The notes beneath the pieces were generated by a model, which saw nothing but the letters and a program-made list of their open reading frames with translations, did not search any database and had not been told where the DNA came from. From a plasmid: a stretch of 64,000 nucleotides of DNA. Both the position numbers and the translations under genes were made by a program. The stretch lies in the sequence record NZ_CP143948.1; one strand, 5' to 3'. Positions 47,545 to 57,048 of this stretch are shown here, in pieces (position 1 is the stretch's first letter; each line of letters begins with the position of its first letter).

Positions 47545-49132
47545 CATACTCTGTCCTGTACCTGGATGGGGAAACCCCATACTTTCTCTTAAAAACATAA
47601 CTGAAATAGTTCGGATCCGCATAGCCTACATTCTGGGCTATGACATAGCTCTTATCGTCTGTCTCCACAAGCATTCTGGCAGCCTTGTCCATTCTGTAAT
47701 CAGTCAGATACTCCACAAACGAGCTGCCGGTTTCCTTCTTGAACAGACTTGAAAAATACGAGTTAGATACTCCTAATTCCTTACATGTATCGTCAAGTCC
47801 AAGTTCCACACTTCTGTAATTCCTGTGCACATAATCCTTTGCACTGTCTATGAGTGACTTCTTGGAGTTGTATCTGGCATCAGCCATATCATCATGCAGC
47901 CTGCTTGAAAAATCCAAAAGCCACTGCTTGAGCACCACCGGCTCAAAATTGGAGAGCTCATTATAAAGCCTGCCTACACTTCCCGATATTTCCTGCGCAT
48001 TTAGCTCATTATTGCTCATGAAGTGATATAGCTCACTGATCAGCTCCATTACTGCCACATGGTAGTTCTCAAGTGACTGCTGCGACATAAAACTATGCTG
48101 CATATACGCTTCCACAGCCTGCTCTACATCCTCTATCTTGCCGATACATATCATTTTAAATAAATATGACAGCTCATTTCCCTCATCGCCATCCTTTGAT
48201 ATACGTCGCTGTGGCTCAACCTCTGTCATGTTTATTGCTCTGTTGCTGCCATAAAGCACCCTGTAGGATACTGCCTCCCTCGCACTCTGATAAGAGCTCA
48301 CCAGCTCCTGTACATTTTCGCACACCTGTCCGATTCCGACCGTCACCTTTGCTCCCATTACATGATTTACATATTTGCAGAATCTGTCGCACTCATCTGT
48401 CAGCTCAGAGATATCCTCCTGCTGCATAAGCTGGGCTATCATGACCGTATCACCGAGATAGTTAAAAATCCTGCCATTCCAGCGCTCCTTTAAATCAGCC
48501 TGTGCCTGTCGCTCTACTGACACTGCAAGCAGTCTGATATCCATGCCCTGCGGCATCTGACTTGCGGAGGTATGTATAATAATACAGCAGTAATATGGTC
48601 CCTCAAGCACAATCTTATAGTCACGCATGTACCTGCCCAGCTCATTTTCCGGTATGCGTCCCTCGATAAGTGTCGTATAAAAGTTTGACTGCAAAACAGG
48701 CAACGATGCTGCATAATACTGCTTCAATATGTCTGTGTTTTTCTTCTCATTCAGCTCATCATCCAGCTTTGTCTTAAGCTTTTTGAATACCTCTGTGATT
48801 TCAGCCAGATTGAGCGGCTTTAAAATATACTCCTCTATCTCGAGATGTACAGCCTCCTTTGCATACTCAAAATCGTCGAAGCCTGTGAAAAGCAAGAGCT
48901 TCGTCGCAGGAAACCTCTGCCTGATGTTACTGCACAGCTCAAGTCCGTCCATGTAAGGCATACGTATGTCAGTCATCACAACATCCGGCTGCATGTCCTC
49001 CATCATTTCAAGCGCCTTGAAGCCATTTCCCGCATGTCCTACCACATGAAAACCAATCTGCTCCCAGGATACCTTTCTCTCGATTACCTCTATTACATCC
49101 TCTTCGTCATCAACCAGTAATAATGTATACAT
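47528..49132 (-). CDS. Response regulator with a C-terminal AraC-type HTH (YesN-like).
   Basis: REC domain (LLVDDEEDV....MTDIRMPYMDGLEL) plus an AraC HTH at the C-terminus. 534 aa. Confidence 0.8.
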   Translation of the reverse strand: MYTLLLVDDEEDVIEVIERKVSWEQIGFHVVGHAGNGFKALEMMEDMQPDVVMTDIRMPYMDGLELCSNIRQRFPATKLLLFTGFDDFEYAKEAVHLEIEEYILKPLNLAEITEVFKKLKTKLDDELNEKKNTDILKQYYAASLPVLQSNFYTTLIEGRIPENELGRYMRDYKIVLEGPYYCCIIIHTSASQMPQGMDIRLLAVSVERQAQADLKERWNGRIFNYLGDTVMIAQLMQQEDISELTDECDRFCKYVNHVMGAKVTVGIGQVCENVQELVSSYQSAREAVSYRVLYGSNRAINMTEVEPQRRISKDGDEGNELSYLFKMICIGKIEDVEQAVEAYMQHSFMSQQSLENYHVAVMELISELYHFMSNNELNAQEISGSVGRLYNELSNFEPVVLKQWLLDFSSRLHDDMADARYNSKKSLIDSAKDYVHRNYRSVELGLDDTCKELGVSNSYFSSLFKKETGSSFVEYLTDYRMDKAARMLVETDDKSYVIAQNVGYADPNYFSYVFKRKYGVSPSRYRTEYEKNKV

Positions 49133-49292
49133 TTTATGTCTTCTCCCTGCTTGTAATTATTGAACTGCATACACCATAAAATCCGTGTGTAGCATAAATT
49201 TATCCCCCGGATATTAAAATGTGTCTGTATAGTATTATACCACATCTGATATATTCTTTTATAGCTTTACATAAACAAAAGTGTAACTGTTA

Positions 49293-49329
49293 AAGAAAAA
49301 AGCAGAGATGCCACCCTGACATCTCTGCT
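49293..49329 (-). terminator. Rho-independent terminator after the ABC permease gene.
   Basis: Stem: GCAGAGATG pairs with CATCTCTGC, followed by TTTTTTCTTT on the minus strand. Confidence 0.65.
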
Positions 49330-49369
49330 GATCATTTTGGAAGTATGAAAAAGAAATTTTCTTGCGATA

Positions 49370-51019
49370 TTATTTCTTCTGAACGTATTTCAGACAGTCA
49401 AGTGTAACTGCTACAAGAATGATAATTCCTGAGAATACGAACTGAAGGTTTGTATCAATACCAAGGATTGTAAGAGAGTATGTGAGTGCTGTGAAGATAC
49501 ATACACCGGTTACAACACCTGATATCTTACCGATACCACCTGTGAATGATACACCACCAACTACACAGGCTGCGATTGCATCCATGTCCCAGCCCTGTCC
49601 ATAAGCTGCTGAACCTGAACCAACCATTCTTGCACACTCAAGCCATGAGCCAAATCCATAAAGGATACCGGCCATCACGAATGCGCCGAGAGTTACTGCA
49701 AAAACTGAGATACCTGAAACTGCTGCTGCCTCCGGGTTTCCTCCTACTGCGTAGAGGTTTTTACCAAATGTTGTCTTGTTCCAGATAAACCATACAATTG
49801 CGATTGCTGCTACTGCCCAGATGATGATGGTTGGGAAACCATTTACCTTTGGAATAATCATGTTAGGGATGACCGGCTCAATTGCACCGAATGAAACTCC
49901 CTTTGTAGCATATGTTACGATACCGAAGATAACAAGCATGTTGGCCATGGTTGAAATAAACGGATGCATCTTAAACTTCGCTGTAAAAAATCCTGCAATA
50001 CTTGTGAAGAATGTACAAAGCACGATACATGCAAGTAATGCGATAACCACTCTTGCACCTGTTGGTACTCCTGTAAAGTCAAATATATGACCGAATACAG
50101 AGCCTGTATTGATACCCTGATGCATGATGATTGTGGCTGTTGTCATACCCATACCAACCATTCGTCCAACAGAAAGGTCCGTTCCTGTTAAGAGGATAAG
50201 TCCTGCAACACCAAGTGCTAAGAACATTCTCGGTGAAGCCTGCTGAAGAATATTCAGTATGTTGTTGTATGTCAGAAGAGGTGTGCCCTTCTTTATCGGT
50301 GTTATGACACAAAGCGCTATGAATATAAGTATAATTGCAATATAAAGACCATTCTGTAACAGGAAGTTTCTCCTATTGAACGTATACTTGTAATTCTCCC
50401 ATTTCTGAGCTCTTTTCTCCATAAATGTGAACTTTGAAAGACGAAGCATATCAATCAGGTGATACTTGTAGCTGTATGCCTCATGCTTTTTGTCCTTGAT
50501 CGTCTGATACTCTTTCTCGAGCTCAAGCTTCTCATTGGAAATACGATTCTTGTGTACGTAGTTTTCTTCCTTTATCTCAGTACTGTCTGATGTCTTTGCA
50601 AGAGCAGCCTTGTGCTTTTTATCAAGCTCTGCCATTCTCTCATTATGAGCAGCAAGCGCCTCTGCCTTTTCCGCCTCACAGCTTGCCTTAACGGCATTGT
50701 AATACTTTGAATCAAAATTTTCCTTTAAATAGCTTTCAGCCTTGGCAATGAGCTTTGAAATCTCATCCTTGTTCTTTGCCTCAACAGCCTTTGCCTTTGC
50801 AAGCTCTTTCTCGCAGGCTGCTATTTCTGACTCTTTCTCGCCCTTTGAAAGAGTTTTATCTCTCTTGATGCCTGCTATCGCTGACTGACACTCTACAACC
50901 TTTGTAGTTCCGTCTTTTCTGAGTGCATCAATTTCTTTTTGTATTCCACCAACATATTCGTCGATAGGCTGGCGCAGAGCACGCTCCTGCTCAGCCGTTA
51001 AAATCTTACTATTAGCCAT
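49370..51019 (-). CDS. CUT2 sugar ABC transporter permease (MglC/RbsC-like) carrying an unusual ~220-aa N-terminal cytoplasmic coiled-coil extension.
   Basis: The C-terminal ~330 aa is a typical MglC-like 8-10 TM permease. The N-terminal ~220 aa is hydrophilic, K/E/A-rich and heptad-like (EKELAKAKAVEAKNKDEISKLIAKAES...). Confidence 0.7.
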   Translation of the reverse strand: MANSKILTAEQERALRQPIDEYVGGIQKEIDALRKDGTTKVVECQSAIAGIKRDKTLSKGEKESEIAACEKELAKAKAVEAKNKDEISKLIAKAESYLKENFDSKYYNAVKASCEAEKAEALAAHNERMAELDKKHKAALAKTSDSTEIKEENYVHKNRISNEKLELEKEYQTIKDKKHEAYSYKYHLIDMLRLSKFTFMEKRAQKWENYKYTFNRRNFLLQNGLYIAIILIFIALCVITPIKKGTPLLTYNNILNILQQASPRMFLALGVAGLILLTGTDLSVGRMVGMGMTTATIIMHQGINTGSVFGHIFDFTGVPTGARVVIALLACIVLCTFFTSIAGFFTAKFKMHPFISTMANMLVIFGIVTYATKGVSFGAIEPVIPNMIIPKVNGFPTIIIWAVAAIAIVWFIWNKTTFGKNLYAVGGNPEAAAVSGISVFAVTLGAFVMAGILYGFGSWLECARMVGSGSAAYGQGWDMDAIAACVVGGVSFTGGIGKISGVVTGVCIFTALTYSLTILGIDTNLQFVFSGIIILVAVTLDCLKYVQKK

Positions 51020-51037
51020 ATCCGTCTTCTCCCTTTA

Positions 51038-52546
51038 TTATAGGTACTTTGCACTGAGTCTCAGCAGTTCTTCCTGATTGGTTTCCTTTGTATTGACAAT
51101 TCCTGAGAGTCGTCCGTTTGACATGACTCCGATACGATTTGTTATACCAAGGATCTCAGGCATCTCAGATGAAACTACAATGACTGTCTTACCCTGCTTT
51201 GCCATATTGATTATCAGCTCGTAAATCTCATATTTGGCACCTACATCGATACCTCTTGTAGGCTCATCCATCATGAATATCTGCGGTCCTCTTTCAAGCC
51301 ATTTACCAAAGATAACCTTCTGCTGGTTTCCTCCTGACAGAGCCGAAATCATATCCTCCGGTCCCATACACTTTGTGTGCATAATCTTTATCTCATCAGA
51401 GGTGGCCTTTGTCATCTTGCTGTCTGAAAGTGCCGGTCCATTCTTATAAGCACCGAGATTTGCGATTGTTGTGTTAAAGGTGAGGTTTCCCTTAAGGAAA
51501 AGTCCATTTGCTTTTCTTTCCTCTGTGATAAGTGCGAAGCCATAGTCCATAGCCTCCTTTGCACAGGTGAAATTCATAAGCTGGTTCTTAAAATATACTC
51601 GTCCCGCAGCTCTTGTCCTGATTCCGAAAATCGTCTCAAGAAGCTCTGTACGACCTGCTCCGACAAGTCCGTATAGTCCAAATATCTCCCCCTCATGCAC
51701 ATCAAATGTGATGTCCTGCAGATGTGGCTCGTACTTTGTCGAAAGATGCTGTATTGACAAGATTACATCCTTTGGTTTGTTGTCTACCGGAGGGAATCTG
51801 TTCTCCAGTACTCGTCCAACCATCGCTGCAATCAGTTCATTCATATTTGTTTCTTTTGTGCTCTTTGTCATGACCAAATTTCCATCTCTAAGAACCGAAA
51901 TCTCATCACATATCTCAAAAATCTCATCCATCTTGTGAGAAATATAGATAAGTGAAATACCCTGGTCACGAAGCATCCTCATCATCTGGAACAGCTTTTC
52001 AACCTCCTGTACCGTAAGTGATGATGTAGGCTCATCCAATACTATAACCTTTGAGTTGTATGATATTGCCTTTGCAATCTCACACATCTGTCGCTGTGAT
52101 ACTGACATATTTTTCATCGGCTGCTCGAGATTAACTGTCATTCCCAGCTTTCTGAATAATTCAGACGCTTCTTTTTTCATGCGTCCCTCATCAATCATAC
52201 CAAATGAATTGACCGGATATCTTCCGAGAAACAGATTGTCTACGACATTTCTCTCAAGACACTGGTTCAACTCCTGATGCACCATCGCTATTCCATTTTC
52301 CAGTGCATCCTTAGGACCCGAAAAGCTTACCTCTTTTCCGTCCAGATATATAGTTCCCTCGTCCTTCTGGTATGTACCAAAAAGACATTTCATCATTGTC
52401 GACTTACCGGCTCCGTTCTCCCCCATGAGACCCATTACAGTACCTTTTTTCACATCTAAATTGATGTGGTCAAGAACCCTGTTTCGTCCAAATGACTTGC
52501 TCATGCCACGAATCGATAAGATGTTTTCATTATTCTTATCGCCCAT
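51038..52546 (-). CDS. Sugar ABC transporter ATP-binding protein with duplicated ABC domains (MglA/RbsA-like).
   Basis: Two Walker A motifs (GENGAGKST and GLVGAGRTE) and two signature motifs (SVSQRQM, LSGGNQQK). The start is taken at MGDKNN (about 52546) from a GGAGCAGGAAG RBS; the track ORF begins at an upstream TTG. Confidence 0.85.
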   Translation of the reverse strand: MGDKNNENILSIRGMSKSFGRNRVLDHINLDVKKGTVMGLMGENGAGKSTMMKCLFGTYQKDEGTIYLDGKEVSFSGPKDALENGIAMVHQELNQCLERNVVDNLFLGRYPVNSFGMIDEGRMKKEASELFRKLGMTVNLEQPMKNMSVSQRQMCEIAKAISYNSKVIVLDEPTSSLTVQEVEKLFQMMRMLRDQGISLIYISHKMDEIFEICDEISVLRDGNLVMTKSTKETNMNELIAAMVGRVLENRFPPVDNKPKDVILSIQHLSTKYEPHLQDITFDVHEGEIFGLYGLVGAGRTELLETIFGIRTRAAGRVYFKNQLMNFTCAKEAMDYGFALITEERKANGLFLKGNLTFNTTIANLGAYKNGPALSDSKMTKATSDEIKIMHTKCMGPEDMISALSGGNQQKVIFGKWLERGPQIFMMDEPTRGIDVGAKYEIYELIINMAKQGKTVIVVSSEMPEILGITNRIGVMSNGRLSGIVNTKETNQEELLRLSAKYL

Positions 52547-52640
52547 ACTTCCTGCTCCTAACTCTATATTTGCTGTCGTCTGTATACACTTTATTTTGGG
52601 GAGAGATTTTTCCCTCCCCAACTAAGTGCTTTAAATACTT

Positions 52641-53924
52641 TTACTGGTTCAAAAGAGCTGTATAAGAAGCTGCATTATCTGTCTTAACCATGTTGATTGC
52701 AAATGCATCGTACTGGCTTGGATTTCCAAGTCTGTTTGTGATATTAGACTCTGTCTGTCCATCACCACCGATGTACTCAACATCAAGATTTAAGAGATCA
52801 TCATACTTCTGTAAGAGTGGCTGATATGTAGAGCTTAAGAAGTTATCTGAAGCATTGTAGATATTCAGCCATACCTTCTTTGTAGGGTGCTTTGCTGAAT
52901 CAAGCTGTGTTGAAACAGGTGCCCATACAACTGTTGAATCTGTGAAATCCTTGTAGTTATCTGCTGTAACTGCTACGTTTAATGCGTAGTAAGATCTCTC
53001 ATCATCCTTGTAAACATATACATCATCGCTTAATACGTTTCCTGCATCATCCTCTGTGCCGATACCTGTATCAATATCTACACCATCGAGTGCGTTTCTA
53101 AGTACACGAAGTGTGAGGTAAGCCTGAACGTCAGCATGCTGGCTGATTGTTCCGCCATAGCCCTCTGCGATAGCTGCTACTGCATCACTGTTGGCATCGT
53201 ATCCGAATGTTGGAACCTTGTTGTCCTTTGACCATGCATTGAACATTGACATTCCCATTCCATCGTTGTTAGAAACAACTACGTCGATTGACTCGCCAAA
53301 TGATGATGACCATGTTCCGATTGCATTTCCTGCTGTAGCTGCATCCCATGTAGCTCCTGCTGAGTTCTTCATCTCCTGTGAAGCAAGCTCTCTTACTACA
53401 TAGTCTTTGCCGTTTACAGTAATCTTGCCGTCCTGAACCTCAGCTGCTTTTCCGTCTGAGTTTGTTCCTGCCGGTGCACTGTCAATCTCGCCGCTCTTGT
53501 CTACGCCTGTTCCAAGAGCCTTACGAACACCTCTTGTTCTTGCAATTGAATCGTTGTGTCCGATATCACCGATTGCAAGTACATATCCGATAACTCCATC
53601 CCCATTTCTGTCGATCGTATCGATGTTCTTCTCGATATACTCTTTTACCATTTCTCCCTGAAGTTCAGCTCCCTGATTAGCATCGAAACCTACATAATAG
53701 GTATCCTTGTTGTAGTTGAGTGCTGTTGTGTCAAGCTCTCCTGTTGAGCTGTTTGATGGCTGACGGTTGAACCACACAAGTGGCTTGTCCTTGTTTGCAA
53801 CATCTGATGTCGTTGTGCTGCTTCCCCCTTTCTGTGTATCAGAAGAACCCCCATCTGATCCACAAGCGGCCATTGACGCTGCCATAGCAGCTACCATCAT
53901 GATTGCAACAAATTTTTTCTTCAT
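52641..53924 (-). CDS. Sugar ABC transporter substrate-binding lipoprotein (CUT2, MglB/galactose-binding-like).
   Basis: Lipobox (MAACGSDGGSS). 427 aa with PBP type I motifs. First gene of the SBP-ATPase-permease operon. Confidence 0.75.
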   Translation of the reverse strand: MKKKFVAIMMVAAMAASMAACGSDGGSSDTQKGGSSTTTSDVANKDKPLVWFNRQPSNSSTGELDTTALNYNKDTYYVGFDANQGAELQGEMVKEYIEKNIDTIDRNGDGVIGYVLAIGDIGHNDSIARTRGVRKALGTGVDKSGEIDSAPAGTNSDGKAAEVQDGKITVNGKDYVVRELASQEMKNSAGATWDAATAGNAIGTWSSSFGESIDVVVSNNDGMGMSMFNAWSKDNKVPTFGYDANSDAVAAIAEGYGGTISQHADVQAYLTLRVLRNALDGVDIDTGIGTEDDAGNVLSDDVYVYKDDERSYYALNVAVTADNYKDFTDSTVVWAPVSTQLDSAKHPTKKVWLNIYNASDNFLSSTYQPLLQKYDDLLNLDVEYIGGDGQTESNITNRLGNPSQYDAFAINMVKTDNAASYTALLNQ

Positions 53925-54088
53925 ATATTTTTGTCCCCCTTTGTTTTGTTGGTAAGGCTAGTATACAAAAATTTTTCGGGAATCACTATAGAATATTTTT
54001 CGATAAACATTAAAAATTTTACTGTTTTTCGTCATGTAGACGAAAATTTTCTAGTTTTTATTTTTTCGCTACGTCATATTGTTCAGCT

Positions 54089-54388
54089 TCAACAAAAACG
54101 GGCTTTCCGCTTTGTCCTTATTACTTCCTTTGCTCCGTCACTCACAAACATTCCAATCCCTCTTTTCTTATACAAAATTCCTGCATCCACAAGTATATTT
54201 ATGCCCTTTGCCGCTGTAGACGGATTTATCGCATACAGCTTTGCAAGCTCGTTTGTGCTCGGCACGCGCTCATCCTCCAAAAGCACATCCCGCAGTATGT
54301 CGTTTTCTATCATTTCGCTTATCTGAATATAGATTGATTTCTCCTGATTCAGAATTTCATTCACATGCTCCGCCTCTTTTCTATACAA
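54089..54388 (-). CDS. Small GntR-family (YtrA-like) HTH transcriptional regulator.
   Basis: 99 aa, essentially a single winged-HTH GntR domain (RVPSTNELAKLYAINPSTAAKGINILVDAGILYKKRGIGMFV). Confidence 0.7.
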   Translation of the reverse strand: MYRKEAEHVNEILNQEKSIYIQISEMIENDILRDVLLEDERVPSTNELAKLYAINPSTAAKGINILVDAGILYKKRGIGMFVSDGAKEVIRTKRKARFC

Positions 54389-54628
54389 ATAGAAAACGTT
54401 ATACGTATGGCTGTATGTACAGTTTACGTTTGGTATATGGTTAAGTATGCTGTACGTATAAAATACTTAGAACCAGTTGTCAGTGATTGAATGAATTACG
54501 GGTACAAAAAAGCACCATTTATAGGTGCTGAAAATAAAGAAAACTATAAGCAATACTTATTGTAGCATGTGTAAATTTACACTTCAATCACAGAGATGTG
54601 CCAATATTATGTCATAGCATAATAAAAG

Positions 54629-54657
54629 GGATTAGATGAACACTATCTAATCCCTAA
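54629..54657 (-). terminator. Rho-independent terminator after the 54661-55041 gene.
   Basis: 10-bp stem: GGGATTAGAT pairs with ATCTAATCCC, followed by TTTTATTATG on the minus strand. Confidence 0.6.
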
Positions 54658-54660
54658 AGG

Positions 54661-55041
54661 TTATGGTGTAACGATATTTAGTTTCTCTATTGCAACTTCA
54701 GTGTCAAGTACATTATTCTCAAAGAAATAGAAAGTAATTTCTTGACCAGCCTCTAAATATGTAATGTCGAGAGATGATTTGTTGCAATTTAATGTAATAT
54801 TGGTACCATCAAAAAAATTATTTTTTTGACTGATATCAACACAGATTTTTTTTTGAGAGTTATCTATGGATGTGATGATACCGTTTGAATGGAACCAATG
54901 AGTATTATCATCTCCGGAAATAGCATTTTCTTCCATAATAGAATCTCCTTTCATGGAACCATTTTTATGTATGAATATCACAACAATTCCGCTTAATATT
55001 AATACAAATATTAGAATAAGTAGTCGCTTTTTTTTATCCAT
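54661..55041 (-). CDS. Hypothetical membrane-anchored protein: N-terminal TM plus a ~100-aa extracytoplasmic domain.
   Basis: The start is taken at MDKKKRLLIL. It resembles the 56362-56769 protein in architecture (MKKK plus TM plus a beta-rich domain). Confidence 0.5.
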   Translation of the reverse strand: MDKKKRLLILIFVLILSGIVVIFIHKNGSMKGDSIMEENAISGDDNTHWFHSNGIITSIDNSQKKICVDISQKNNFFDGTNITLNCNKSSLDITYLEAGQEITFYFFENNVLDTEVAIEKLNIVTP

Positions 55042-55086
55042 TAAAAGTTGTACCTCGCAAATCAGTCCAGTTTCCAAAATCTAAAT

Positions 55087-55233
55087 TTATCGTAGTAGTG
55101 CATCTCCTAAATACCCCAGACCACGTTGGATATTTGCTCCTGCTCTATCGATAGCACCCGCTATAATAATTGCGGCAACTATAATTGCAGTCGCTATAAT
55201 AATTTTACCTATTAGATGTTGATATTCTTTCAT
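55087..55233 (-). CDS. Small single-TM peptide (48 aa: MKEYQHLIGKIIIATAIIVAAIIIAGAIDRAGANIQRGLGYLGDALLR). Candidate small membrane toxin or regulatory peptide.
   Basis: The start at 55233 is supported by an AAAGGAGA RBS 7 nt upstream; the 72-aa track ORF lacks an RBS. A conserved 30-nt palindromic motif lies 17 nt upstream of the start. Confidence 0.5.
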   Translation of the reverse strand: MKEYQHLIGKIIIATAIIVAAIIIAGAIDRAGANIQRGLGYLGDALLR

Positions 55234-55249
55234 AGTTATGTCTCCTTTC

Positions 55250-55279
55250 AAATTCATATTTTCCAGCTCGACAAGCTGG
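55250..55279 (-). promoter_or_regulatory. Conserved palindromic upstream motif, copy A (CCAGCTTGTCGAGCTGG-AAAATATGAATTT in gene orientation). Candidate operator for the small-peptide gene.
   Basis: 29/30 nt identical to copy B at 56325-56352. Perfect 6-5-6 palindrome CCAGCT-N5-AGCTGG. Confidence 0.55.
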
Positions 55280-55338
55280 GATTTATCCCTCGCTTTGTTT
55301 GTCACCTCTCCATTAATAATTCAATATGCGACCACACA

Positions 55339-56286
55339 TTATTTCTCAACACGAGCGTACAGCCTGACAAATCCATCATCCTGCATTACTTCAAAGACAA
55401 TCTCATCACCGTACTCAATGTGGGAATATCCACCATCTGAATAACTGTAATATGTATTTTCTCCGCCGGTAAAGCTCAAATAGTACCCAGTGCTTGCGGG
55501 ATGGGTACAGACGCTGGCCACCACCCGCCCTCTGTTTATAAACACAACATGGTTCATACCCTCGCTGACACTTTCTTTCAAAGCGGGGCTTTTCGAACCG
55601 ACCACTCGCTCAATGCGTTCCTTTGAGGTATAGGGATCAAAGGTATATACAGTGGTCCATTCAAAGGGGACAATCTCCTCCAAAGTGATGCTGTCACATT
55701 CCAAAGCGGTTAGTGTTTTTTCCAGTTTGGCGTTATTGAAATAAATCCTCGGATCTCCGAAAATGAGATAAAGAGCAAACAACACCCCGGCAATTCCGAG
55801 AATTATACCGTGCCACAAATTTGAGCGTTTCCACGCTTTCTCGTCTTCTGCACTTAAAATCCCTGTACCCCACTCACCGTTTTTCATGCGCAGCCGTTTA
55901 TGCTTTGAAACATACCAACTGAACCAGATAGCATATCCCACTGCAATCAGCAGAAGTCCCATCAGGGTGGCTCTGAGTAGCGTTGTTACGGAACAGACCG
56001 AAGCCAAAAGGCCCGCCAAAAGAATCAAAAGAATCGGGACATCTGCTGCAATGTATGCGAATTTGCCAAACAGGTCACGGTACAAGACCTTTCCCTGCTG
56101 TGCCTGCCTTATATCCTCATCATAGGCTTCCTGGGAAAACGCTGTAACTATGGCTTTAACGGTCAGGTATCCGATCAATATGATCCAAAACATATCCACC
56201 AGCCCGTCAAAAGTCATCACTTTCATAACAACAAATGTGCAACCCAGCAACGATGCCAGCAATGTTTTCGGACTGACTAATTTCAT
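55339..56286 (-). CDS. Hypothetical polytopic membrane protein (4 TM) with a ~130-aa C-terminal soluble domain.
   Basis: 315 aa. Strong GAGGGGGTG RBS. It shares the palindromic upstream motif with the small-peptide gene. Confidence 0.55.
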   Translation of the reverse strand: MKLVSPKTLLASLLGCTFVVMKVMTFDGLVDMFWIILIGYLTVKAIVTAFSQEAYDEDIRQAQQGKVLYRDLFGKFAYIAADVPILLILLAGLLASVCSVTTLLRATLMGLLLIAVGYAIWFSWYVSKHKRLRMKNGEWGTGILSAEDEKAWKRSNLWHGIILGIAGVLFALYLIFGDPRIYFNNAKLEKTLTALECDSITLEEIVPFEWTTVYTFDPYTSKERIERVVGSKSPALKESVSEGMNHVVFINRGRVVASVCTHPASTGYYLSFTGGENTYYSYSDGGYSHIEYGDEIVFEVMQDDGFVRLYARVEK

Positions 56287-56324
56287 GAGAACACCCCCTC
56301 CACAGATTTCGTTCCGCTATCATA

Positions 56325-56352
56325 AATTCAAATTTTCCAGCTCGACAAGCTG
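56325..56352 (-). promoter_or_regulatory. Conserved palindromic upstream motif, copy B (CAGCTTGTCGAGCTGG-AAAATTTGAATTT). Candidate operator for the 315-aa membrane protein gene.
   Basis: Same sequence as copy A. It lies 39 nt upstream of the start codon at 56286. Confidence 0.55.
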
Positions 56353-56361
56353 AAATTTTTG

Positions 56362-56769
56362 TTATTCTACGATACCTTCAATATAGCTGTAATCAATATT
56401 TCCCTTTGTAACAGAATAGAAAAATGGATCTTTTCTAATTGTATCATCTGAATTGATAATAAAATTATTCCAATCGCCTGCCTCGTTGCCATCAGACAAA
56501 TAAATAGTAACTTTGAAACTATATCCCATATATCCCAAAGATAGCTTTGACCGCTTTACTTCGACGCCATTCAAATTTTCGACAATATGCTGAATCTGCT
56601 CTTTGTCGGTAATATGTGTTGCGTTTCCGCTATTGCCATTGAAAACAACTATTTCCATGACCTCATTAGGGTCTAAGTCCATCAAGTCGAGTGGAATATT
56701 AAACCATACAACAATGCCCATCAAAAGAATTATCACAACAGACAGCAATATGATGATTTTCTTTTTCAT
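56362..56769 (-). CDS. Hypothetical membrane-anchored protein: N-terminal TM plus a beta-rich extracytoplasmic domain (YxeA/DUF-like).
   Basis: 135 aa with an MKKKIIILLSVVIILLMGIVVW anchor. It is paralogue-like to the 54661-55041 protein. Confidence 0.5.
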   Translation of the reverse strand: MKKKIIILLSVVIILLMGIVVWFNIPLDLMDLDPNEVMEIVVFNGNSGNATHITDKEQIQHIVENLNGVEVKRSKLSLGYMGYSFKVTIYLSDGNEAGDWNNFIINSDDTIRKDPFFYSVTKGNIDYSYIEGIVE

Positions 56770-57048
56770 ATCAGCTCACCTCCTAGTCAACTTTCGATTG
56801 AACAAAATCGCTGCGCGATGGCCTGCCAAGGCTGTGGCGCAGTTTTATTTTTATTAAAAAGCAGTGGAATTACTTTCCATAATCCGTTATTGTTAAGTTA
56901 CCACACGAAACAACTGAACTAAGAAAGCTCCACTGCCTATGATAAGAATAACATTTTTCAGTCTCTTCCGCAATCGGAATTATGACGCTAATGCACCTCC
57001 GAATAGGTAGATATAATTATTAACACTACTTATTCTGGAGGTTTTATT

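Noticed and set aside
55255-55284. The CCAGCTTGTCGAGCTGG hairpins as rho-independent terminators.
   Set aside because: No U-tract follows the hairpin on either strand. Conservation extends 13 nt beyond the palindrome, and both copies lie upstream of start codons, so an operator/promoter element is more consistent.
55233-55305. Longer 72-aa version of the small peptide ORF (start at 55305).
   Set aside because: The strong AAAGGAGA RBS precedes the internal ATG at 55233. The upstream extension would include the conserved palindromic motif within the coding sequence.
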